Made by a program: the position numbers and the translations under genes. DNA of 64,000 nucleotides from Nemertoderma westbladi. Lineage: Eukaryota; Animalia; Xenacoelomorpha. A model generated the notes under the pieces. The model was not told where the DNA came from and ran no database searches. It worked only from the letters and a program-made list of their open reading frames with translations. The DNA lies in contig JAUCBJ010007832.1 in the NCBI GenBank assembly GCA_032718475.1, positions 3,715 through 67,714 of the forward strand. Direction: 5' to 3'. Shown here piece after piece: positions 49,559 to 61,381 of the stretch (its first letter is position 1; each line of letters begins with the position of its first letter).

Positions 49559-51007
49559 ATGACGGAGTTGATAGAAGATGATCTTGGTATCAAGGAGCGA
49601 TATACTCTACCTTTGCAAGCATTTGTGGATAGCTTAATACGCGGTGAAACCGATCCAACCATTACGGAGGACAATGGTCGTTATATCGAACCGCCGACGT
49701 CCCAAGAGCAACTTACGCGTGAATTGGACTATCGAAAATTCACCGCTCGCTATACGCATCGTGATAATACGTATATGGACTTCCTAACTACCGGCCATCC
49801 TATCGATTTACATGATACGGACGATGTAGACACCGAAAGGAAAATGGTTCTATTTAAATATCATACCCAGCGGAGTCGTAACGATAAACCGAAAATAGAT
49901 CACGAAAATTCTATTCGTAACAGACTGGGAAGACGAACCAATATGCCTAGAATCTGAGGAGATTCAGCCTATTGCGCCCGGAACAGCGACAACGATTACA
50001 TCCTAGAATGGTATCAAGGTCCACAGTGTCTCACTGCGTACGATTATCGCCATGCCAACTATGTTTCTCGGCAACGTTGTCGGTTATGCGCATCGAGAGA
50101 CCATGTTACGCCCATGGACACAAACGTCCGCTGTTCCTATTTCCACGAACAACCGGCGATGAAAATTTATTGCGCGTATTGCAGATTAAATAATTTGCAC
50201 GTTTTTGCGGTTTGCCCTCAATTTATGACTCAACGTCACCATTGTCAACTAAAGGGACATGCCAGTTTCGATTGCCCTTTTAATCACGATTTGGAAAGCG
50301 TAGATGAAATGATCACACTACGTTACATCAGAGCTTGGGAAGCGAACGCTGATTTACATTGTGATTCGCGCCATCGCTATTATCCCGGACATGCTTACGA
50401 AGGAGTTTATGCGTTCCATCCTTATCTATTCGCTTCGGTTGAACAGAAATCACGCATATCAAGTTACGAGCTACTGAAGCGCGTTGGAGAATGTATTTCA
50501 ACCAAATTCGTACGCAAATTTCTCAGGAGTGTTAATCCTAGCGACCTTCATTCCTATAACTTAATCAATTATATCCGTCAGGATCCGGACTATGGAGACT
50601 TGTTTGTTAACTCACACCCCGAGTTACAGGAAGTATATCGACGGCCTTACGAATACCGAGCCCGCGAACGCGAGTTGGAAAGGACCATTAAACCCCGGAG
50701 GTTTCTAACTGCCTATGGTCCACCCACGGCCCTCGTTCAGACCACTCGTAAAGGACCCGTAAGAGCGGCTGTCTTGAAACGAGCTCTCAAGGCCGTTAGA
50801 CCCCTCTCCCCGGACGTTGATGTCAATCAACCCGGTACTTCGACTGGCGGATACACCGACCAAAATCCTACACCCTCTGATGCAATCATATTGCACCCTT
50901 CACCCCGGAGTTATAGCCCTCCTTGTAAAGTGGCTCGCCCCAAAGAGAAAAGGACTCTGGCTAGCTTTAAGAAACTGCGTAAACGCCGTCCGCGCAAGAA
51001 AGACTAA
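49559..51007 (+). CDS. Accessory 3' ORF (about 482 codons, one internal TGA at 49955-49957); Cys/His zinc-finger-like middle and basic NLS-like C-terminus
   Basis: ORFs 49559..49957 and 50114..51007 are in the same frame and the gap is open; motifs CRLC-x4-H-x9-C, CAYC-x5-H-x4-C, C-x4-H-x4-C; ends KKLRKRRPRKKD. Confidence 0.65.
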
Positions 51008-51085
51008 CTGTTTAGAGTATTTACGTATATTAGAAACTGTGATTTTGTATATTTTATAGACTCAAATCCCATTTTCTGGGAGCGG

Positions 51086-52344
51086 TGTAAAAGCTTCTGT
51101 GGGATATAACTGGCCCTTTTGCTTCGCAATCCAGTTTCCCCCCAGGCGCTGGAATACTCTAAAAAAGGTTCTCTAATTGTATATATATTCCCCTCGCCCG
51201 CAAGGTACCGTTACAGGTGTTTTAACGGACATAAAAGTCATTCTGCTATATACGTGTTTTAGCGGACATGGTAAGGCAAAAACCTGCAATGCACCAAATA
51301 CCTTTCACAGCTTAGCCGTGATGATTCATATTACGACATCTAACAGCTGGTTGCTGACATGGAAACAGCCATTGGACGCAGGGTTCTTTGTTGGCTTGAG
51401 CCAATCAGAGCGATTTTTCCTGTCGACGTGTAGCTTTTCGGCCGATCATAAGGAGAGTGTTCAGTCTTACTGTTTTTTCTTGTTACTTTATTGTTGTTGC
51501 TATCTAGGCCAGTAACAACGGCTCTAGAGTCAATTCATTTCATACTTTAGAAGAAACATTAGTAGGCTCAAGATTATAGAGCGTATAACTGTTATCGGTT
51601 CATAACAACTCACATATCGGTCCATATCAGTACATTGTCATATCATATCTTAACCTACCGTCTTAATAGTTTGCTGTTGTTTGGTTGAATATTATTTGGA
51701 GAACATTTATAAAGAACCCAAATTTCCCAATTTTCTTGATACACTACAGGTTAGAGAGACGGGTTATATATAGCGATTGCGACTTATATTATTGTGGTTT
51801 GTAGTGAATTTAATGCTATTTGATAAGCACTACATGAATCCGTTGCTGTTCTCTTTATATATGATAAAATTCATTGACGGTCGGCAAATTAGTGAGCAGT
51901 ATTGTGTGTTACCGGTAGTGTGCATGATTGTGACTGATAACTAAGCATTTCCTAAAGAATGCGCCTCATACGTGAATCATAAGCCTTACCGACTTACCGT
52001 TGTGATTAGTATAAGTCATATCTCGGTTTACTTAGATAGAGCGCCACGTCCTAAAGGAACTGTTAATATTTCCCGAAAGTAAATAATATTAGTCAGAAAT
52101 TAATTATTAACGATCAATCGAATAATACAGTACAGTAAGCTTACACTGCAATAATAATCTAAGCCCTCAGAATCCAGTCTCCCGGGAACATCCAGCGGGT
52201 GAATGGACGCGCACTAGGCTGGCTTCTGCTAATGTTGTGTTTATTGGTATTAAATATTTGTCATCTTCTAAAGTATATTTATAAACCAAAAGACATATAA
52301 ATTTTGGCAGGTTAAACTGCTAAAGGTCTTCAAAAGCGCGTACA
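51086..52344 (+). repeat. 3' LTR of element 2
   Basis: Direct repeat of 40241-41499. Confidence 0.95.
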
Positions 52345-53213
52345 GCTCGTTCTTGCTCATTGTTGCTCATTGTTGCTCATTTTTGCTCGTTGTTGCTCAA
52401 GGTTGTTGTTCGTTGTTGCTCATTGTTGCTCGTTGATGATCGTTGTTGATCGTTGTTGATCGTTGTTGCTCATTGTTGTACGTTGTTGATCGTTGTTGCT
52501 CATTGTTGCTCTTTGTTGCTCGTTGTTGCTCATTGTTGCTTGTTGTTGCTCATTGTTGCTCGTTGTTGATCGTTGTTGCTCATTATTGGTCGTTGTTGCT
52601 CATTGTTGCTTGCTGTTGCTCATTGTTGCTCGTTGTTTCTCATTGTTGCTCGTTGTTGCACATTGTTGTTGTTCGTTGTTGCTCATTGTTACTAATTGTT
52701 GATCGTTGTTGCTTATTGTTGCTCATTGTTGCTCGTTGTGTCTCATTGTTTGTCGTTGTTGCTTATTGTTGCTCATTTTTGCTCGTTGTTGCTCATTGTT
52801 GTTGATCGTTTCTGCTCATTGTTGCTCGTTGTTGTTCATTGTTGCTCGTTCTTGCTCATTGTTGCTCATTTATGCTCGTTGTTGCTCAAGGTTGTTGTTC
52901 GTTGTTGCTCATTGTTGCTCGTTGTTGATCGTTGTTGATCGTTGTTGCTCATTGTTGTACGTTGTTGATCGTTGTTGCTCATTGTTGCTCATTGTTGCTC
53001 GCTGTTGCTCATTGTTGCTTGTTGTTGCGCGTTGTTGTTCAGTGTTGCTCGTTGTTGCTCATTGTTGCACGTTGTTGATCGTTGTAGCTCATTGTTGCTC
53101 ATTGTTGCTCGTTGTTGCTCATTGTTGCTTGTTGTTGCTCATTTTTGCTCGTTGTTGCTCATTGTTGTTCATTGTTGCTCATTTTTGCTCGTTGTTGCTC
53201 ATTGTTATCGTTG
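52345..53213. repeat. 10-bp (RTTGTTGCTC)n satellite, right part
   Basis: Same unit as 38861-40240. Confidence 0.95.
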
Positions 53214-53603
53214 TTAAAAATTGCATTAGCCTGTCTGCCTGTTAGCTGTTTAAAAATTCCGGCTCGCTTCTCTCGCCTTTCTTTTTTTCTGTTACATGGT
53301 TACTGCTGTACAGAGCACAGAGGTACAGCTGTACCTACTGTTGTTACCAACCAATCCCGGAAAAAATAACATAATCGCAATGATAACCTATCTAAAAATA
53401 GTGTTATTTTAGTCCTAGGAAAAAATAACACATTTATTTTTCAACACTCCGGTATCTGCATGTTGAAATTATATTTATGCTTGTTTTCCGTGTTGTGAAC
53501 ACAGTAGTTAGCTTACGGTACCGGTACCTTTACTAACATGAGTGAAAGTGAAAGTTGTAAGAATAAGACTAGCGTAGGCCTATGGTATGTTTTCAGTTCA
53601 GAG

Positions 53604-55452
53604 CAAGGACTACTATACTACAGGACTGGCATACTGCCTGATCCGACTTCGCTAGCGAAGTCCATTCATTTCATACTGCAGTACTGCTGTAAGCTGTACT
53701 GCTACCGTAGAATGATTTATTACTGTATTACAGTATTATACCAGTATACTTACCTACAAACAGACAGCTAGACAGTTCTGCAGTTTACTGAACGTTCGCG
53801 CAGTGAAACTTCCACCTGCTGTCCTGTCGGTGCCGAATGAGATCAGTGGATCGCCGCGCTACCACGACGCAGTGCAGGCAGATGACAGATGACGGCTCCC
53901 CGTTTAAGTTATGGAAGCACTGCCGTCATTTGTATTCAACATTCTGACATTGGCCAGAGTGTCCCGCGCAGCCGCGGGAATTCCGCACAAGAAAGTCCCT
54001 GGCGGTTCCTTGCGACCAACAATACCTCCATTCTACTTCCCTTATCGTGTGTTCCACCGCGACCCCCCACTCCACGATAACTCCCTCCCATTGCGGAACG
54101 CCAACTTCAGTTGCTCAATGAGCGAGATTTAATTGGGGGCTTTTTGCAGCTGACTGAACCCGTTGTTTCTAAGTGGCTAAAGGGAATCGCAGGATACGGT
54201 CGCGATACTGACATTTTTGTGAAGCGATCGGAGTTCCAAGTAGCCTATTGCTTTTCTTATTCCATAACGACGAATATGCAGGTTTCACTTTTGTCAAAGA
54301 AGCAACTTACGTTGCAGGATTCCTGCCCTGGTAAAGGATTCCTGCCCTGGTGGATTACAACTTGCTCCTCATGCCTCATCACCTCTTATGATGGACCATG
54401 GTGTCGGCTGCGTGGGTGGATGCTTTACCTAACAGCCTAATGGAACTATACGGTGCTACAAACAACTAACTCAAGTAGTGCACATGATTGCGGTCTATTA
54501 CGGTATCTCCCCACTGCCACCAATAGCTGCTTGCCGTATCCTAGCAAACACCCTTCTTACTGTCTTAATGGAGTACAAAAGCGATCTATGGAAGAAACGG
54601 ATAGGCAGAAACGGCGCGACTCGCATTCTGGCGATACAGCCGCACAAACTAAATTAGTAAATTAAATTCCCCCGAATAACGGGAAGTGGACAAAATAAAT
54701 AAATATTATTGTATACCAGGCCGAAATATGATATCGTTTCGTATCACGTCAAACTGTGAACTGAGATATTTCTCTACAGGGGGTCACACGTTGAGTCCGC
54801 GCCCGGAGAGACTCATAAAAACTGAGATATATATATAAAGGAGTCTACAGGGGAGTCATTCGTTTAATTTTCCGGTTTATGTTTAATATTCGGGATTGAT
54901 ACTTAATCAATTTATTAATTAATAAATTCAATATCTTTTTTTTATTCATAATAATAATCAATAATTTGATTGAAGATTTTTTAATTAATGAAGAGCCCGT
55001 ATCGGGGTCATTGATGTGTTTTCACTCTGGGGTGGGGAATATTGGGTCGGCTATCGTAATAAATAATAAAGTAATAACATAGAGTACCTACTAACTAGTA
55101 ATATAAAGTATCCGATATCATCTGTGTCACAACATTCCCCTACCAATAGGGGTACTGCTCACATCGTTTTTTATGTCGCACAATGTACTAACTCAACACG
55201 GTCGTTCTAGACTATAATGAATAGTTAGTACACAACACTCGTCGTCCCCTTTGTTACAAGCCTCGCTGCGCTCGTCCTTTATTTCTTGACACCAAAATAT
55301 ATTATGTTACTAATAATTACGATTGTGTACTAAATTTCATACAAATCCATTGATAACAATGTCTATAACAGTATGAAGCAATACCAAACCAATGGACTCG
55401 AAATGAAAGTCGGATGAAGGGGTGTGCCAGTCCTGTAGTATAGTAGTCCTTG
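53604..55452. mobile_element. Non-autonomous TIR DNA transposon with an 8-bp TSD (P-element-like termini)
   Basis: 28-bp TIR CAAGGACTACTATACTACAGGACTGGCA at 53604-53631 and inverted at 55425-55452; TSD GTTCAGAG at 53596-53603 and 55453-55460; no intact transposase. Confidence 0.85.
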
Positions 55453-56034
55453 GTTCAGAGTGTAGGTAGACTGACCGAATGCATCGTACAGTACAGGTAG
55501 CGGTACCACAGCTTCCTTTAAGATCTCAATCACATCACTGCCTTACAACTACAGAACCTACCTGACCGGTAGGCCTACAGAACAGAGCATATTGGGGAAT
55601 AATTTATTGTACTGTACCCAGTACCGGTACTAGCAAACTAAACGGGAAATGCAGCACTGGTAGGCCTACACTACAAGTTCAGATTGCACACTCAACTCAG
55701 CCTACTCAGAGATCTTTTACTTTCGGTATTTGACAATTATGGACAGCAGCATCTTGATCATGGCAGAGGAATGCCATTCTCAACAGTTTCTACGATTCTA
55801 CCCTAAAGACGGACGTACCAGACAGACAGACTTGTACCTACCAGTTGTAAATAACGTAGGTTTACATACTGCACATGCACAATGCTGTAGAACTACGGTA
55901 CCGGTACAACGATAATAAAATTTAAGAAATTCCACCAAAAATATAATTATTTACTTTTTCGCCAGGAAAAAAAGTTAAATGTTTTCTCCAGCTTTTGGTC
56001 TAAATTCGGGCGAAAAAGTAACAATTTAAGAATA

Positions 56035-56720
56035 AATAATTATTTATTACATGGGGAAAAAAATTAGAACTTTTTTTCATTATTCTCGAGGCATTTTATT
56101 TACCGAGCTTCAGCGAGGTTAATAAAGGGTTGATAGAATATTGAGAAACGAAAAATGTTCTACTTTTTTCTCATATACTGTAATACGTAAGTTTATTCTT
56201 AAGTTAAATTGGTACATCGTATACAGTATGGTAAGCCTACAGTACATTGGATAACGTACAGCGATATAGAGTTACAAAATAAATTGAACTATACTACAGT
56301 ATTTAATATATTGCGTCCATAGTTACTGTGATTCAAATTCTTGTACTCTGGGTTTAACTCATGATTCTGATTACTCAAAGTTAAATAATTCAATGTTCTC
56401 GAATATTTATTACATAACTAGAGAGCCGATTAACAACATAAACCAATATTGGATATTGAGTTCCGTTTTGGAGTACGCCTTGTAAATACTAAAGTTACAA
56501 TAACTTTTGAGTGCATGCATAGATTTAGCACAAATTACTTGCAAACCTTTTCTACGTCGATGCTCTTGCAACACAATTAGTGAAATTTAAAAAATGTCAC
56601 CAAAAATATTTTATTTTCCTATTTTCGCCGGGAAAAAAGTAAAATTAATGCAATCGTATGGTTACTATTTTCCTATGGAAAAAGTACCTCCTTTTCCCGA
56701 TTTTTGGGTATACAGTATTC
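56035..56720. repeat. Inverted relative of the 4880-5455 dispersed repeat
   Basis: Shared blocks as listed for 4880-5455. Confidence 0.65.
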
Positions 56721-57250
56721 GATCGAAAGAGTACGTGTACGCTAACAATTTAAGAGTAATATTACATACAGTAAGTTGTGAAATCGGTATTACTGTTGGC
56801 ATTAATATGTAAAATTTTTCAGCAATCTAACGTGTAATGTATACCTACTGTACTTTATGTTACCCTGTTAGGTTACCCCTCCTTATAAGAAAATACAATA
56901 TGTCAGTATGTGTGTGATTATTTTTTGTGAATGATTTTTACCCTTTCGCGAGTCGCACATGCACTGGTTTCGGAAACTTGGGTTTCATTGAATTTTGAAG
57001 TACAAAAAATCAAGTGCTGGCGGAATTTATTGCATCGAAGCGAAGTGTTTGGGTTAGGCCTACTTTACATACATTTTCTGCCATTTTTTATACAAAGGTA
57101 AATGCTGAGTGATAAAATAAAAATATGAAGGCCCGCTCATGTTATTTATTTATTTTATGCCTTGCCCGCTCGTGTTATTTATTAATTTGTAATTAGTGTC
57201 TCCCCCCCAAAATTTCCAAGCCCCATTTTTATATTTCTACCCCCAAACAA

Positions 57251-57340
57251 TATTACCCTGATATTTTGTTATTTTTCCGGTTATTTTAACCCTCGGAACA
57301 GGAAAAATAACCGGAAAAATAACAAAATATCAGGGTAATA
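57251..57340. repeat. 37-bp perfect inverted repeat with a 16-nt loop (MITE-like)
   Basis: 57251-57287 is the reverse complement of 57304-57340. Confidence 0.85.
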
Positions 57341-58162
57341 AATATAGACATTGGCAGACTGGTTACACTCCTTCAAATGGAAATTCCATTGGCTGATTGG
57401 CGCGGCGCTCTTCAAAAATAAATTGTTTCAATGCAGCAATGTGCGGCGCACTTAAAAATTTCGTCGCCGCGGGGTTTGCTTCTAAATTGCATTGACGAGC
57501 GGCGCGCATAAAAATTGGGCGGCGCGCTATCCGGCGCACTTTTTGGATGGATTCCATACAGGGCGTGGGTGGACCCAGTTTCGGCTTATGTCGATTCACC
57601 TTGCGGTTGAAACCGCCAGGTTGTCCCGTATCCACTGTAAACTGCCAAAAGTGATTTTTTTTTTTTTTTTTGTTATATTCCCCAGTAAGTAAGTTGGCAA
57701 AATATTATGTATATTAATTTACTTTCAGTTTCCAGTTTTTATTGTTGTTGCTTTCAACGTTTCAAGCTAGGTATATTTTCCCGTATTGTATATTCGTTTA
57801 TGTTTATCGTCCTGATGATGTTCGAGTTATAGTTTTGATATAGTTTATTTATTCCTGTTTTTGTATGTTTCGTGCTTTATTGGTATATTTGTGTTTGGTA
57901 TTATCTTTCTTTTGGACTCCGGTCAATAAAATATATATCTATCTAGACCACTGGCAGACTGGCAATGCTCCTTGGTAGGCCTGTCGCTACCGGTACGCCA
58001 GGTTTCTGAACTGAATCAGTGAATATTACATTAAACAGTTCAGCAGTTACAGGCCAGGTCTAAAATAATAAATTAAAATATAATTATTTTCTTACCAGTA
58101 TTCCGTACCAATCTGCCAGTACCAGAGTACTGCAGTACCGGTACATCCTGAATTACAGAATT

Positions 58163-60049
58163 ATGGCGTTATCTCAGAACACATCATCTCAATCAAGATT
58201 CTCTTGTGGTCGCGATTTTTCCGCAGTACCGAATCTACCGGTGACACTGGAGGAATGTTCAACAGACGGGTTCGATTTCGCAGTGGCTCCAATCTTCCAT
58301 CCCCGACACAAACGGGAGTTCCTTTCAGGACCAGCCCGCTACCGTCCGGGACCCTCTACCCGACCGGACCTCACTCTCAGCTCCACCGACTGGTCTTCCC
58401 TCATTGTGGGTCGCATTTCGCACTGGATCGACACGGATTCCCGAACGGACCACGTCCGCGCAAACTCAATCCTCGCGCTCAAACAAGAACTCCTCTACTG
58501 CATGCATCTCTCCCTCCCAGCCATCCTCATCCCCATCAAAGGGTTTAGTTGCGCTAACCTCGCGCGCACCCTGTTGGAGCATCTCATGGGCGCTGCCCAC
58601 TACCACGTCTGGATGGAAGTACCCATGCTATCCCGGGAGGCCTCGGTCTCGGGGGAGACCCCGCTCCCAAGACGAATGGACTCCTGGCACTGGTGGAACC
58701 AATTCCGGAAAATGTGCCACTACAACAAGAGGTTGGGACTGGCCCTGGTCCTCTCCTCCGATTTGCCTTCGCCGGATGCCGTTAGTAGATGGGTCGGCGA
58801 AGTTATTAAAGTCATCATCATTCCCACCTCCATCTTCCTCACCAACAGTAAAGGCTACCCCGTGCTCCCCAAGGCCCACCAAGTAATCCTTCAACGGATG
58901 TTTAAACTCGATATCCAGGTGGTTATCCGCGGTAGTTGTCGCCACTGTCTCCCAGGTAAGGGAATGCGCGCCTACTGGCAGTATCTCGAGTATCTATGGC
59001 AACACCGACCACTCCTCAACACCGTGGAGACTTTCGCGCGCGGATACGAGGACTACCTGCAGTGTCCGCTGCAACCCTTGATGGACAACCTCGAGTCGCA
59101 GACGTACGAGGTGTTCGAGAAGGACCCCGTTAAATACACGGAGTACCAAACCGCGGTTAAACTCGCGCTGTTAGCGCGCGTCCCGGACGACAAGGTAGAG
59201 ACCCCGCAGGTCGCTATGGTGCTGGGCGCTGGGAGGGGTCCTTTAGTCCGGGCCGTACTCGAGGCGGCTAAAGAGTGTTCTAGAACGGTGAAAGTGTACG
59301 CGGTCGAGAAGAACCCCAACGCCGTGGTCACGTTGTTGGCCCTCAAGGAGGAGTTGTGGGGCGATTCGGTTACGGTGGTGGCCAGCGATATGCGAGACTT
59401 CGAGCCGACGGAGAAGGCGGACATCCTGGTGTCCGAACTTCTGGGTTCATTCGGGGACAACGAGTTGTCTCCCGAGTGTCTGGACGGAGCCAACCGCTAT
59501 CTGCGACCCGACGGCATCTCGATTCCCACTTCCTACACCTCCTACATCGCTCCCATCTCCTCCCACAAGATCTACACCGAACTCAAATCGACGGCTAAAG
59601 ACCCCTGCAAACCGTTCGAGGCTCCTTTCGAGACGCCCTACGTAGTCCGTCTCCACAACCACTACACGCTGGCGCCGCCCCAACCGCTGTTCACCTTCCG
59701 TCACCCGAACCGCGACTCCCCTCACGATAACTCCCGTTACTCCCAGTTAACCTTCGCTATCCGCTCCCCCGGTACCGTCCACGGGTTCGCGGGTTACTTC
59801 GACTCCGCTCTCTACAACGACGTCTCCATCAGCATCCACCCGGACACCCACTCCTCCGGGATGTTCTCCTGGTTCCCCATCATCTTCCCGCTGAAGGAGG
59901 CCGTGTTTGTGGAGGCCGGCGACCGGGTCACCATCCACTTCTGGCGGTGCGTCACCGCCAAGAAGGTCTGGTATGAGTGGTGCATCAGCGAGCCCCAACC
60001 CTCCGACATCCATAATCCCACGGGTAGATCATTCTGGATCGGTCTGTAG
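58163..60049 (+). CDS. PRMT5: Protein arginine N-methyltransferase 5, full-length, CDS without introns
   Basis: TIM-barrel N-terminus; PLQPLMDNLESQTYEVFEKDPVKY; VLGAGRGPL; VEKN; double-E loop SELLGSFGDNELSPECLDG; GMFSWFP; terminal IHNPTGRS; AATAAA at 60123-60128. Confidence 0.97.
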   Translation: MALSQNTSSQSRFSCGRDFSAVPNLPVTLEECSTDGFDFAVAPIFHPRHKREFLSGPARYRPGPSTRPDLTLSSTDWSSLIVGRISHWIDTDSRTDHVRANSILALKQELLYCMHLSLPAILIPIKGFSCANLARTLLEHLMGAAHYHVWMEVPMLSREASVSGETPLPRRMDSWHWWNQFRKMCHYNKRLGLALVLSSDLPSPDAVSRWVGEVIKVIIIPTSIFLTNSKGYPVLPKAHQVILQRMFKLDIQVVIRGSCRHCLPGKGMRAYWQYLEYLWQHRPLLNTVETFARGYEDYLQCPLQPLMDNLESQTYEVFEKDPVKYTEYQTAVKLALLARVPDDKVETPQVAMVLGAGRGPLVRAVLEAAKECSRTVKVYAVEKNPNAVVTLLALKEELWGDSVTVVASDMRDFEPTEKADILVSELLGSFGDNELSPECLDGANRYLRPDGISIPTSYTSYIAPISSHKIYTELKSTAKDPCKPFEAPFETPYVVRLHNHYTLAPPQPLFTFRHPNRDSPHDNSRYSQLTFAIRSPGTVHGFAGYFDSALYNDVSISIHPDTHSSGMFSWFPIIFPLKEAVFVEAGDRVTIHFWRCVTAKKVWYEWCISEPQPSDIHNPTGRSFWIGL

Positions 60050-60873
60050 TTCTAACTAGTATTAGTGATATGGTGTAACTGTAGTCTATGGTCTCATTAA
60101 CATTACAGGATTGTTTGCAATCAATAAAGTTAGCAGTTTATGGAGACATCAGTAGCGCAGTAAGTAGTTGATTGTGCATCCGCCATGACGATGCCAGAAT
60201 AACTACATTGAATTCATTAAGTTTTTCTTTGCTTTTAACCTTAAAAATACCTCAATTATAATCTACAGATCGTTTCAACAAACTACTTTTGATTTCTGAG
60301 TGGAATGTGGAATCTGTGTTTCTTTAAAAACTTCCAGAATATATCGAAGAAGGATGATTGATTATCTCCATGTAAAACTATCAACTCATCAATCCATTTA
60401 CCGTTAGTGAATTACGGTGGTTATTTTATGAATTATCATATTATTTTAATCAGATTCGACTATTGATCACCTTTACCTTTCTTTACATTGTATAAAATGA
60501 TCACAAAATGAATTTGTTCATTACATTACTTAAACTCCTAGGTATTAATAGTCGCACTGCCATGGTAATATAAAGACATATTGTTTTGTTTATGTTAAGT
60601 ACACCCATCTGTGCTCTGCGTACATTACATACAGTATGTAATTATAGCGTTGTCCATCGAAATTTACAAAATTTTTTGATCGATTTTATGAAATTTTCGA
60701 TCGATTATCGATGATTTTCGATCATTACCAATGTAAAATATTAAAAGATTTCAATAATTTATTGGTTACTAATAGAAAAATTTTCTTTGTAAAAAGAAGA
60801 TTAAGTTTAATATTTAATAAAATTTATGTGTGTAAAATGGGACTTTGCAATTTGCTGTTGAGTACGGTTTGGT

Positions 60874-61381
60874 ACAAGTTCGTGGGGCCTTCGCGCAGCA
60901 CGAGCTCAAATAACCCCTGAAGATGTATTCCGAATACTTGTTTATATTCACAATACGCCACCACGGGACTGACAGATGATCTGTCTTAGTCTGTTTAAGC
61001 AAAATTCTTTATAAAGCGTTAATGTTCATAGGTAATTTCTACCAAATTTCAGATGGATGTGCTGGTTAGTTCTATACTTTATAGTTACTTATTTATTTAC
61101 ATGTGTATCAAGTTTGGATTAATTTCATTAATTTTGACCGACTTATTTCAGTTTTTATCAAATGTGTGAAACTCCAGACAGACTGCCGTGCGGTTTTTTT
61201 TTTTACCAAACTTCAGATTTTGTCTAACCTTTTATCGGAATACATAGGTAAGTTAGTTACAGGTACCAAGTTTGGTTTAATTTTATGATGGAATGACAGA
61301 CTTATTAGCGAACAAAAATTGGACAACTCGTTAATGGAACCCCTATGCTAAGGCTTCGCTCACTTCGTGGCTCGCCCCACA
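60874..61381. mobile_element. Second copy of the 19122-19443 short element family
   Basis: Same termini (TTCGTGGGGC..GCGCAGCACG and GCTAAGGCT..CGTGGCTCGCCCCACA) with a divergent interior. Confidence 0.5.

Larger units (their letters stand above)
40241..52344 (+). mobile_element. BEL/Pao-type LTR retrotransposon, copy 2 (diverged subfamily); non-autonomous Gag-protease element
   Basis: 1259-bp LTRs (TGT...ACA); TSD GCTCG (40236-40240 and 52345-52349); PPT GGGAGCGG; same pol deletion as copy 1. Confidence 0.93.

Noticed and set aside
49559-51007. Envelope gene
   Set aside because: No signal peptide, fusion-protein pattern or transmembrane anchor; the C-terminus is basic
58204-60021. Overlapping and antisense ORFs within PRMT5 and within the Gag ORFs
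   Set aside because: Explained by GC-rich codon bias or shadow frames; no recognisable motifs
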